Shown piece after piece: positions 43,409-51,841 of a stretch of 64,000 nucleotides of DNA. Numbering within the stretch: position 1 is the first letter of the stretch; every line of letters begins with the position of its first letter. This DNA is from a virus, in the IMG/VR virus record IMGVR_UViG_3300050821_016647, positions 63,530 to 127,529 of that record; one strand, 5' to 3'. Position numbers and translations under genes: made by a program. A model generated the notes under the pieces. That model saw nothing but the letters and a program-made list of their open reading frames with translations. It was not told the origin of the DNA and ran no database searches.

Positions 43409-43595
43409 CCGAGCGGCAGACGTACTCAGGCACGCGCATCTTGGCCACGTCGTCCGACGTGAGCCGCGAGAGAGCTGCGCGCACTTCGGGCCGACACGCC
43501 CTAACGATTGCGCCGGGCGTCCTTCTCATGCTGTCGCAACCGACAAGCATGGTCAGTCGCTCCAATGCCTCCAGCGGGTCTACGTACTCAGCCAT
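43383..43595 (-). CDS. small hypothetical protein
   Basis: variant motif and GAGG RBS upstream. Confidence 0.5.
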   Translation of the reverse strand: MAEYVDPLEALERLTMLVGCDSMRRTPGAIVRACRPEVRAALSRLTSDDVAKMRVPEYVCRSGGRRGRAR

Positions 43596-43610
43596 GACCT
43601 CTCTTCTTCC

Positions 43611-43811
43611 TCAGATCGCGCGTACGGTCAGCGCTCCGACTTTCGACTTTGGCTTCAGACGTACGAGCGTCGCGTCGTGGTCTTCGGCCAGTTGAGCAGC
43701 CTCCGCTCGGGTCTCGAACCGCTTCGCCTCGCGCTGGCTGCCGACCCACTCCTCGTCGCCGAGGTAGGAGATCGACTTGGGGCAGACTTCATAGAGCTTC
43801 ACGAGCCACAT
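43611..43811 (-). CDS. small hypothetical protein
   Basis: motif upstream; A.RF.TR.EA common phage signature. Confidence 0.65.
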   Translation of the reverse strand: MWLVKLYEVCPKSISYLGDEEWVGSQREAKRFETRAEAAQLAEDHDATLVRLKPKSKVGALTVRAI

Positions 43812-43837
43812 CTAGCCATCCTTCGCGCGCACGTTCG

Positions 43838-44035
43838 TCACGGGTGCGCCTTCGCCTTCGCGAGCTGTCCGATACAGGCATCGCAGTAATAGGCCGTCCA
43901 AGGGTGTGCCGGTACTTCCACGCACACGACACGTACCCCTCGCACCGCACGCGGGCCCCGGTCGCGACCGCAGCATTGACACGGCTCGCCGATTCGGTTG
44001 ACCGGGGTGAACGTCATCGGCTTCCGCGTACTCAC
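43838..44035 (-). CDS. small Zn-finger protein
   Basis: CQCC...YYCDAC; motif and AGGAGG RBS upstream. Confidence 0.6.
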   Translation of the reverse strand: MSTRKPMTFTPVNRIGEPCQCCGRDRGPRAVRGVRVVCVEVPAHPWTAYYCDACIGQLAKAKAHP

Positions 44036-44069
44036 GTCGTCCTCCTCTGAATCGCGCGCACGTCAGCGC

Positions 44070-44249
44070 TCATGAGTCTGATGCGATTGGTGGAGGAATG
44101 TGACGCCAGTTCACCCTAGCGGGTACCGGCCAACCTCGACTCACCCATAGGCCAGCGTGCGCGTCGACCATCGCTTCCCATGCAGCGCAGTCAGTCTCGC
44201 CAACGACCTCGCGAGCGCTCCCGTCTTCGTACTCAATCCGCACTTTCAT
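44070..44249 (-). CDS. small hypothetical protein
   Basis: start MKVRIEY at 44249. Confidence 0.5.
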   Translation of the reverse strand: MKVRIEYEDGSAREVVGETDCAAWEAMVDAHAGLWVSRGWPVPARVNWRHIPPPIASDS

Positions 44250-44254
44250 TATCT

Positions 44255-44452
44255 TCACCCAGGCATCCCTCCCTTCGACTCGTCGATGAACGGAAGACCC
44301 AGCTTGGTCGCCCAACGCTTCGCACATTCGAGCGCGCCCCCGTACGTCAACCCTGTCGTGCCTCCACCAGGCCAAGACACCTGATAGGAGCCCACGAGTC
44401 CGTTGGTGTGGAGGCGGACCGCCGGCTCTCTCTCCTCGCCCTTCGTCACCAT
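44255..44452 (-). CDS. small hypothetical protein
   Basis: motif upstream. Confidence 0.55.
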   Translation of the reverse strand: MVTKGEEREPAVRLHTNGLVGSYQVSWPGGGTTGLTYGGALECAKRWATKLGLPFIDESKGGMPG

Positions 44453-44475
44453 CGCCTAGCCTTTCTTCGCGCGCA

Positions 44476-44637
44476 TCAAGGGCGCGCTCCAAGCTTCCAC
44501 GCCAGCCGCACGAGTGCGGGCCAAGATTTGTCGACGGCGCTGTCGCCACCATGAGCAAGCCACCGATTGAAGAGCGCTGAATCCAGGGCCCACAACTGTG
44601 CCTTCGTCGGGCGCTTAGGCTTATGACCGTTCTTCAT
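44476..44637 (-). CDS. small hypothetical protein
   Basis: motif and AGGAGG RBS before MKNGHK. Confidence 0.55.
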   Translation of the reverse strand: MKNGHKPKRPTKAQLWALDSALFNRWLAHGGDSAVDKSWPALVRLAWKLGARP

Positions 44638-44666
44638 GGCCGTCCTCCTCTGAATCGCGCGCACGG

Positions 44667-44879
44667 TCATGTTGACTTGAGCCTCTCTCCGACCGCCTTG
44701 AACTCAGGACTGCCCCAGTAGCCGGTCCTCGGCACACCGCGTTTTGCCATGTGCGCAAGACAGAGCTTGCAGGTGACCTTACGCGCGTCGGTGGTCGCCT
44801 CTCGCAGATCGGGTCCGTGCGGACTGCACTCGGGGAGCACGTCGTCTGATGAGGACCAATGGACCTTAGCTACTCGCAT
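44667..44879 (-). CDS. small Zn-finger protein
   Basis: VHW...C...VTCKLC. Confidence 0.6.
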   Translation of the reverse strand: MRVAKVHWSSSDDVLPECSPHGPDLREATTDARKVTCKLCLAHMAKRGVPRTGYWGSPEFKAVGERLKST

Positions 44880-44964
44880 CGCCTGCTCCTAGGTATCAAT
44901 CGCGTGCAGTCGAAGCCTCGACTTCTAGGTGCTCATGTGGAGCATGGTATCGTGTTCGATGCAC

Positions 44965-45684
44965 TCATCGCACGCCGATGCCCCACGTAGAACAAGCCGA
45001 CTTCCGACTGCTTCCGGTAACTCTCCAGATGGATCCGCTTCGGATGGCGCGGGAATCGTGGAGTACAAGCTCCCAAGATGCGGGGATGCCCCATCCGTCC
45101 CGCGATGCCCTATCTGAATCATCAAGTACAACGAGCGCTCCTGGACGTAAGAAGTCACTCCCGCAACACGCGGCAACGCATCGGCGGTAGTACAGTCCGT
45201 CTATGATCGCGACGTCGTACGGGGCGCCGCTTGCAACCGCGTGCACATAAGCCGGGATATGACCAGGACCCGTCACCGGCCTGAGATGTAATGTGCAGTT
45301 TGGGATCCCCCATGCGCTCACCGTTCGGTGCCATCCAGGGTCGTGCTCGACCGCCGTTACGTGCTTCACGCGCCTCGCGTACCAGCGAGTAGATCTCCCA
45401 CTGCTCCACTCCACGAGTGCGTGCGTTCGACTAAGATGCGCATCGAGAAAGTCGACAACGCGTCGAGTGAGCCATGGTCGCTCTCGCTGCGAGAAGTCGA
45501 CCCACTCCTTTATGCGCTCCAGGCGCTCCAACCAAGCGGCCAATCCTGATGCTCCGACGCTGTCGTCGAGACAAGTCCGCGCATCGTCCACAAGGATCGA
45601 TTCCTCTCGCGCCCGTACAAGCGCCTCATCGTCGCCGATCACCTTGGCGACCTGTATACGGTCAATAAGCGGATTGAGGTTCAT
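44965..45684 (-). CDS. class I SAM-dependent methyltransferase (small-molecule/glycan type)
   Basis: LVEWSSGRST..Y.....V.AVEHDPGW; YDVAIIDG; LRPGALVVLDD. Confidence 0.75.
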   Translation of the reverse strand: MNLNPLIDRIQVAKVIGDDEALVRAREESILVDDARTCLDDSVGASGLAAWLERLERIKEWVDFSQRERPWLTRRVVDFLDAHLSRTHALVEWSSGRSTRWYARRVKHVTAVEHDPGWHRTVSAWGIPNCTLHLRPVTGPGHIPAYVHAVASGAPYDVAIIDGLYYRRCVAACCGSDFLRPGALVVLDDSDRASRDGWGIPASWELVLHDSRAIRSGSIWRVTGSSRKSACSTWGIGVR

Positions 45685-45757
45685 GGCATCTCAGCTCCGT
45701 TTGATAGGTCGCTATCCCCTTCTGGGTGTGGGTGTCCGCACTTTCCGCATGCAGTTC

Positions 45758-45943
45758 TCATCCGACTTTGCCTTCATCAACGAAGTGCTCGCTGCATCGG
45801 ATATGTCCGGTCGCGTCCTTTACTCCCGGTCGCCCGCACTTCCACGACGCTCTCGGGTTGAGACAGACACAGACTTTGTCACACGAGCCGAACAACTCGG
45901 TGCCCCATCTCTTAGACTTCATCACCTTTCGCTTCTTCACCAT
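45758..45943 (-). CDS. small Cys-rich protein
   Basis: motif upstream, 26 nt identical to the 43204 junction. Confidence 0.5.
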   Translation of the reverse strand: MVKKRKVMKSKRWGTELFGSCDKVCVCLNPRASWKCGRPGVKDATGHIRCSEHFVDEGKVG

Positions 45944-45971
45944 CGTCTAGCCCTCCTTCGCGCGCACTCTT

Positions 45972-46286
45972 CTAACCCGATTTTCGAGCCTGCACCGACG
46001 TTGGCGCCGATGGGCACACGTTCTCGTGCTCGGGCGTGGAGCCAGCCTCCCCGCAGTAACGACATGCATTCTCTTTGATTGACGCCTGAAGGATGACATC
46101 CCCGACACCTCGTGCCGCCAGCACGTTCAGCGCCCGGTGAGCGATGTCGCGTACCTTGTCGAGAGGCGTATCCAGCGAGGCGACGAGTCGGAGTGCGTTC
46201 ATCAAATCGTTGACGTCCTCGGCCAACACCTTCGCCTGTGCGACCAGCTCATCAAACTGCTCAGGTGACACTTCATTTCGGTTCAT
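45972..46286 (-). CDS. hypothetical protein
   Basis: start MNRNEVS at 46286; CRYCG...H...CP. Confidence 0.55.
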   Translation of the reverse strand: MNRNEVSPEQFDELVAQAKVLAEDVNDLMNALRLVASLDTPLDKVRDIAHRALNVLAARGVGDVILQASIKENACRYCGEAGSTPEHENVCPSAPTSVQARKSG

Positions 46287-46327
46287 CGTCGTTCCCTTCC
46301 CTCGTGTTGGCTTCAATCGCGCGCATT

Positions 46328-46504
46328 CTACTCACCACTTTTCGACTCCGGCCCTTCACCAACAGACAGTAGCCGACAGGCTACGTCTGCCGCCTCGCGC
46401 GTGGGGCACACGGCGTAGATGCGCCGATAATGGTTAGTCCACTCCAGGTCTCCCCAGACGGCCCACGCATCGCCCACGTCGCGATGAACGTCGAAGTACC
46501 TCAC
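46328..46504 (-). CDS. small hypothetical protein
   Basis: GTGA-coupled to the recombinase. Confidence 0.5.
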   Translation of the reverse strand: MRYFDVHRDVGDAWAVWGDLEWTNHYRRIYAVCPTREAADVACRLLSVGEGPESKSGE

Positions 46505-47538
46505 TTCTTCTCCTCCTCGGCCTCGATTCCGTCCGCTGCGTTGTCTTTGAACAGCGTGCCATGCCGGATGTACGTCATGGCGACCCGCTGATCCTTGTGC
46601 CGCGTCTGCCGCATGATGTTGTGGAGCGTCTTGCCCGCCGCCGCCGCGCTCGTGGCGAAGCCGGCCCGGAGCGAGTGCCCGGAGAACTTCTCGGGGTCGA
46701 GCCCGGTCTGCTCGGCCACGCGCTTGACGAGGTCGGCCACGACGTCGGACCACATGTGCTTCTCGCCGATCGCGTCGCTCCGAGGGTCGATGCGGCGGTA
46801 GAGAGGGCCGTCCTTCAGCTCGGCGCGCTTGATCCACTCCTTCGTCAACAGGACCGCGCACACCTTGGGGTCCTTCGCGTAGGGGATCGCCACGTCTTCG
46901 CCGGCCGCGACCTGGTCCCCCTTCGACCGGCGCACGTGGACCAGCATGCCGCGCTCGACGAACTCCAGATCCTCGACACGGAGCTGCACGATCTCCGACC
47001 GCCGGAACGCCCCCCAGAAACCCAGCGCGAGAATGCTCCGGTCACGGCACGTCACGAGGTCGTCGAAGCGCCGGTCCCGCATCGAGGCGAGCGCCTTCGT
47101 CAGGTCGCCGATCTCCAGGGGCGCAGCTCTGCGTTTCTTCGTCCCGAGCTTCACCCGGATGCCCTTCATCACCTTGGCGATGCCGGGGTGTGCCTGAGGC
47201 CAGTCTTGGCCACGAGCCCGGAGCGCCTGCACGAGCCTGACGTAGGCACCCTCGATCGTGCCGACCTTGAGGGGGCGCTGCCTCACCACCTTCTCTCCGC
47301 CTCGCGTGACCCACTCGACCCGCACGTTCCCGTCCGCGAGCGCGGCGAGGTACAGCATGACCGTCTCGGGCGTCGTCGGGCACGAGGCGAGGCTGTACTC
47401 GGCGCACCACCGGGCGAATTTGGCGAACTCCCGCTCGTGCTGGCGCCGCGTCTCGTCCGTGATGGTGCTCTTGCCGTAGCTCGCGGCTGAGGCGACGAGC
47501 CCGGCGAGGGTGGGGCGGGTGGCGAGGTCGGCGCTCAT
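46501..47538 (-). CDS. tyrosine recombinase (Cre/Xer-like, with N-terminal SAM-like domain)
   Basis: RDRSIL...GAFRRSEI (R), RRSKGDQ (K), HSLRAG (H-x-x-R), TRH, YIR (catalytic Y). Confidence 0.92.
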   Translation of the reverse strand: MSADLATRPTLAGLVASAASYGKSTITDETRRQHEREFAKFARWCAEYSLASCPTTPETVMLYLAALADGNVRVEWVTRGGEKVVRQRPLKVGTIEGAYVRLVQALRARGQDWPQAHPGIAKVMKGIRVKLGTKKRRAAPLEIGDLTKALASMRDRRFDDLVTCRDRSILALGFWGAFRRSEIVQLRVEDLEFVERGMLVHVRRSKGDQVAAGEDVAIPYAKDPKVCAVLLTKEWIKRAELKDGPLYRRIDPRSDAIGEKHMWSDVVADLVKRVAEQTGLDPEKFSGHSLRAGFATSAAAAGKTLHNIMRQTRHKDQRVAMTYIRHGTLFKDNAADGIEAEEEKK

Positions 47539-47876
47539 GTGAACTCTGGCTCGAAGCAGATGCACTTACACTCGTCGCAAGCGCCCGTCCGACTGTTCCC
47601 GTGCCCCTCAATCGAATGCCCGCACACCTCGCACGCCGGGATCTTGTCAGCCGGATCGCTATTGCGACAATCCTTGCAGCCTGGGTGCGCCATTACCTCG
47701 GCAAGAATCTGAACGTAGAGAGGGCGCTCCCATCGACCGCGGCGCTGATGGGCGACGGTGTGCCGGACGGACCCGCAGCACGAGCACCGTTCGACCACGG
47801 TGGCTTGGTGCGCGACTTTCGACACGCACGTCTTTGGGTGCCTACACGTGAGCAACTTCTGGACGGACGCCTTCAC
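47535..47876 (-). CDS. Cys-rich hypothetical protein
   Basis: GTG start 47876; several CxxC pairs. Confidence 0.5.
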   Translation of the reverse strand: MKASVQKLLTCRHPKTCVSKVAHQATVVERCSCCGSVRHTVAHQRRGRWERPLYVQILAEVMAHPGCKDCRNSDPADKIPACEVCGHSIEGHGNSRTGACDECKCICFEPEFT

Positions 47877-48073
47877 GGCTTGACCTCGTTCAAGACGCAC
47901 ATGAACGCAATCGCGTCGGCCTTGTCCGTGAAGAGGGCCACGATTTCGTCGTCGGCGACGCGGTGGATGCTGCCGAGGTTGGTGCACCAATCGACGTAGA
48001 ACGGTCCGAGCTTGGCGACCCGCTTGCGCTGCTTCTTCGTGCTCGGCCCCGTCGAGTCCCAGCGGTCGCTCAC
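47873..48073 (-). CDS. hypothetical protein
   Basis: GTGA-coupled. Confidence 0.5.
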   Translation of the reverse strand: MSDRWDSTGPSTKKQRKRVAKLGPFYVDWCTNLGSIHRVADDEIVALFTDKADAIAFMCVLNEVKP

Positions 48074-48288
48074 GACGCCAGCGCAGCGCGAACGAGCTGC
48101 TCTCCGTACCGGCGCGCCGTCTTTGGTCGAACGCACTCACGGCTCTGTCCGAGGCGCTCGGGCTGACCGTCCTTCAACCGGAGGAGCGTGACGTAGTAGC
48201 CGCGCTCCGTCTCCGACGCGACCGTGAAGATGCCGCGTCGCCGCGCGAGCCTGACTTCCGATGCCGTGAGCCTGCTATCGTTCTTCAT
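48070..48288 (-). CDS. hypothetical protein
   Basis: GAGG RBS before MKNDSR. Confidence 0.5.
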   Translation of the reverse strand: MKNDSRLTASEVRLARRRGIFTVASETERGYYVTLLRLKDGQPERLGQSRECVRPKTARRYGEQLVRAALAS

Positions 48289-48442
48289 GTGCCTGGGGCC
48301 CTCCTCGGCCCGGCGCCACGAGGCGGGCCGTTGGTAGCGGCGCCGCCTCACTTCTCTCTCTGTAGCGCCGAGATGGGCGGTTGTCTATGACCGGGAGTCA
48401 CTTTCTCGAAATAATCGATAGAAACCGCAGGCGCGCGCATTT

Positions 48443-49021
48443 TCAGGTATTTGCCTCTCGTTGAATCTGACCCTTTGGCGCTTCGTCCTTTTCGAGCGTC
48501 ACCTTGAAGAGTGTACGTGCGGCGGTGTGGTAGATGACCACCCCCTCGGGCTTCATGAACCCCGGCGACGCTTGCGAGCCCGCCGTGCGGAGTAGGCGCA
48601 GGGCGTCCCCCACGACCGCCCCCTCAGTGTTCCCGAGTCCGATGCCTGCACCGAGGACGGGCACCACGTGGCAGCACTTCGGCCGCACGGCATCGTCCGC
48701 CCAGCGAGCGACGTTGAACAGGGACCATCGCTTCTCGTTGAGTCCGTAACGCCGCTGGATCCCGGAGCCCCACCACTCCCCGTAGTGGTATCCGGGCCCG
48801 AGCTTGCGAAGCTCCTCGGCGTTCTCTGCGACCCACCGCGCGAAGCCGAAGTTGTCCGCCTCGGGGGTGATCCATCGGGAACGCGAACCGGCCCGCACGA
48901 CCGTCGAGTCCTCGCTGACCCAGACGAGCCCGTTGGTCCCGTCGATCTTCTCGGTGACGACGACCTCCCGGTTGAGGCGGGAGATTTTCTCGAACTCCTT
49001 GAACTCGATCTCTTCACTCAT
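48443..49021 (-). CDS. RNA ligase (Rnl2-like adenylation domain)
   Basis: TEKIDGTN (motif I), YGEWWGSGIQRRYGL, PEGVV, FK. Confidence 0.85.
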   Translation of the reverse strand: MSEEIEFKEFEKISRLNREVVVTEKIDGTNGLVWVSEDSTVVRAGSRSRWITPEADNFGFARWVAENAEELRKLGPGYHYGEWWGSGIQRRYGLNEKRWSLFNVARWADDAVRPKCCHVVPVLGAGIGLGNTEGAVVGDALRLLRTAGSQASPGFMKPEGVVIYHTAARTLFKVTLEKDEAPKGQIQREANT

Positions 49022-49040
49022 TTTGCCCTCGCGCGCATTT

Positions 49041-49229
49041 CTAGGTTTCTACGAGCACGGCTTTTTGCACTCGCCAGCCAGGCGCTCCACCGCGGCCAAC
49101 GTCGTCTCGGTTCATGGAGCGCGCCGTGAGAGCAGCGTCCTTGCGTCTCATTTCCCACTCACCACCGTAGGCGAAACCGTCCGTCGTGCTCACCAGCAAC
49201 CACACCACCTTGGGCTTCCGTTTCTTCAT
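49041..49229 (-). CDS. small hypothetical protein
   Basis: motif upstream. Confidence 0.55.
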   Translation of the reverse strand: MKKRKPKVVWLLVSTTDGFAYGGEWEMRRKDAALTARSMNRDDVGRGGAPGWRVQKAVLVET

Positions 49230-49431
49230 TGGCTACCTCGCGCGCATTTTCAGGTTCGTCGCTCCCGCTCGGACTCGGTCTTGCAGACATACCCGCCACA
49301 CAGCTGACCGTTGATAGGGAGCCCAGTTCTGAGTGACTCGGCCAGCGTGCGAGCACCTTTGAACTTCCTCTTGCACCTGCGGCAGACGAGCAACCACTTC
49401 CCTTTCCATTTCGGCATTCAGGGACCTCGCG

Positions 49432-49602
49432 CTACTTGATGAGCTTATCGTACTTCAGCTTCTTCAGCGCGGCACGTAGACGCGTTTTCGAGTGGGCGCT
49501 CTGAAGCGAATCTATCCCTCGTTCGATAGCGCGCTTCACGGTGCGCGGATCGATCTGAGCTTCCAGTGCGATCCGCGCAATCGTAGTTCGGTCGATTTCC
49601 AT
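49432..49602 (-). CDS. small HTH-like protein (56 aa; not in ORF track)
   Basis: AGGAGG RBS; MEIDRTTIARIALEAQIDPRTVKRAIERG. Confidence 0.65.
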   Translation of the reverse strand: MEIDRTTIARIALEAQIDPRTVKRAIERGIDSLQSAHSKTRLRAALKKLKYDKLIK

Positions 49603-51203
49603 CGGTTCCACCTCCTAGACCGGGCGCGACTACTCGTCGAGCGCCTTGATGCGCCGTTGTTGACCACGACCCGATACGCGCCATCCGGAGGCTTCATCGT
49701 CCAGACCACGTTCTCGACCGCCTCGCGCGTGCGTCCGCTGCCAGCGTTCATGTCCACGTCTAGGGTCCCGCCCGTCCATCCTCGCCTGGCACCGAAGAAG
49801 ATTTTGCCGTAGACGCCTCGCGCTCCTCCGCCGTTGGGTTCGATGATGTGCAAGTCGAGGTCGTCGTAGTTGAACCACGACAGCGACACGCGCAGCACCG
49901 CGCCCTCGACCTTGCCTCCCGCCTTCTTCACACGCTCCCGGATGGAGTCGGCGACGTTGCCGCCGTAGGACCACGCGAAGTCGTTACCCCATCGAAAGAG
50001 CTGCTTCGGTTCCGGATGGCACGGCGCCGTGAGCGACATCAGGTTTCCGACGTGCTCGTTCTTGAACAGCAGCTCCAGGCTCGTCGTCTCGGGCAGGATC
50101 TTCGCCACAAAGTCGTCGAGGCCGATTTCCTCGGCGCGCTGCTCGTCGGTGCTCCGGCCTGCCGACGTGGCGGACGCGTGCTGCATGAGCACGTTTCCGA
50201 TGCCACTCTTCATCAGTGGCTTGACGGTTCCGTCGACCCACTTCACGTCGTTTACGGAGATGTCGCCGATGACGGCGAATCGGCGTTCGAGTGCCGGCTC
50301 CAGACCGAGCGCTTCGATCGTCTCCATGGCCTTCTTGACCATGCCAGGTGTGATGAGGGTGGTCGTGCGCTTGTAGTTCTGCGGCGCGACCTTGGTCTCG
50401 AAGCTCTTGACGGCGTGCTCGAGATCCTGACCCTCGGAGAGATCCTGGACGAGGGTGCCGATGACGGTGTTGCGGAATCGTGCCGCGGGGCTGCCTGCGT
50501 TCGCCCACACGAAGATTTTTCGTGCGAGGCCGTATCCCTCCAGAGCAAGAAACGCGCGATGCATCTGCATGAAGTTGAGCACCGCGGCCTTGTGCTCTTC
50601 GCCACGGTAGAGCGCGTTCGACTCGATGAGCGACAAGACGGTGTCGACCGCACTCGGGGAGAGCTCGACGAGCCCACGCTCGAAGACCTGTGCCGTCGTC
50701 CGGTAGTCGCCGCGGACCTGATCGGGTGACGGCACGCGAATGTTCTTCGGGATCTCCCCGGTGTGGAAGTGTTGCCACGTGCGGGCCTGCTGCGTTTCCT
50801 TGTCGAGGGAGCGTGACTGGACCGCGCCGAAGCTCGTCTCTTTTTCGTTCACGCGGTACAAGTCGCAGACGTTCGCGGCGCGCACGACATCGCGCAGACG
50901 AGACGCCACGATGCGGTAAGGCCACGGAGCTATGGCGGCAGCTTCATCCCAAATGGAATGGAGCGTACCGTCATCGCAGACGATGACGACGTTGCCCGCC
51001 CGGCGGATGAACTGCCGGCAGCAGCGGCAGTCGTGCTCCGTGGTCGTCTTGAAGCGTGGATTGGAGCCCTCCGGAAACGAAGCGAGATACGCGTCCCACA
51101 GTGTGTCGCGGTCCAACTCGACGACGAAGACGTCTGACGTCTTGGTCAAGCTCTGGAACGACGCCGCAACCATCTTGGTGAACGCCGGAAATTCGTTCGA
51201 CAT
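49536..51203 (-). pseudogene. conserved large-phage protein with YfaP/DUF2135-like domain, apparently 3'-truncated
   Basis: LWDAYLASFP...EHDCRCCRQFI; RVSLSW...DLDLHIIEP...LDVDMNAG; sequence turns junk-like after YRVVVNN and reads through the next gene's start. Confidence 0.6.
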
Positions 51204-51261
51204 GTCGACCTCCGCGCCTCTCGACAGGCGCTCTGTGAGCTACGTGACACGACTGCGTTTA

Positions 51262-51336
51262 GGACCCACCGGACCGATTCGAACGGCCGACCTCCGGCTC
51301 CGCATGCCGACGCTCTACCACTGAGCTACGAGGGTC
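51262..51336 (-). tRNA. trnR: tRNA-Arg-like, anticodon GCG, imperfect acceptor stem, no encoded CCA
   Basis: D arm GCTC-AGTGGTA-GAGC, anticodon arm TCGGC-ATGCGGA-GCCGG, T arm GGCCG-TTCGAAT-CGGTC. Confidence 0.7.
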
Positions 51337-51356
51337 AAAATGAAAAGCAAGATGTC

Positions 51357-51431
51357 GGACCCACCGGACCGATTCGAACGGCCGACCTCCGGCTCCGTAT
51401 GCCGACGCTCTACCGCTGAGCTACGAGGGTC
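51357..51431 (-). tRNA. trnR: tRNA-Arg-like, anticodon ACG, imperfect acceptor stem, no encoded CCA
   Basis: 73 of 75 nt identical to the copy at 51262; anticodon loop ATACGGA. Confidence 0.7.
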
Positions 51432-51444
51432 GAAAGGAGATCTA

Positions 51445-51481
51445 CAACTTGCTGCAACTTGCGTCAAGTTGTTTCAACTTG
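51445..51481. promoter_or_regulatory. four CAA(C/G)TTG palindromes at 10 bp spacing upstream of the tRNAs
   Basis: starts at 51445, 51455, 51465, 51475; overlaps a minus-strand TTGACG. Confidence 0.7.
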
Positions 51482-51508
51482 CTCAAGTCGATTTTCTCGA
51501 CTCCCCCT

Positions 51509-51841
51509 TCATGAGGTAGACGATGACGGGTCGAGCGGCATGAGTCTTCGGCAATTTGCACACGTCGGCATGACGGTCGTGATGAACGCCACGTGGTGCA
51601 TTTCGCCCTTCAGGATCTGGACGTGCCTGTTCCGGTAGATGGCCCACTCGGGGATGGTGCAGTTGCATAGCGTCTTCTTCGCTCCAACGTGAAACGCATG
51701 TTCGAGTCGTTCGCCTGGGATCATATAGCGACCCTCGCGAGAGATGACGACGAGCTGGTCGGCGAGCGCGGGGGGCAGAGGAGGAATCCAGGCGCTGGGC
51801 TTCAACTTGCCCCGGGGCCCCTTCAGGATTCCCCTAGGCAC
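51509..51841 (-). CDS. hypothetical protein
   Basis: H....KTLC...TC.NC motif. Confidence 0.5.
   Translation of the reverse strand: MPRGILKGPRGKLKPSAWIPPLPPALADQLVVISREGRYMIPGERLEHAFHVGAKKTLCNCTIPEWAIYRNRHVQILKGEMHHVAFITTVMPTCANCRRLMPLDPSSSTS

Larger units (their letters stand above)
43204..49246 (-). repeat. start-associated repeat TGCGCGCGA, 9 exact and 3 variant copies
   Basis: exact (+ strand TCGCGCGCA): 43204, 43823, 44052, 44467, 44655, 45958, 46317, 49029, 49238; variants 43616, 44900, 48431. Confidence 0.9.

Noticed and set aside
43204-49246. Classical integron (attC cassettes plus IntI)
   Set aside because: No attC-type imperfect inverted repeats with RYYYAAC/GTTRRRY ends, and the recombinase lacks a recognisable IntI insertion; kept only as an analogy.
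51262-51431. Two long direct repeats with a 20 nt spacer, superficially CRISPR-like
   Set aside because: Repeats are 75 nt, fold as tRNA cloverleaves, there are only two, and no cas genes are present.
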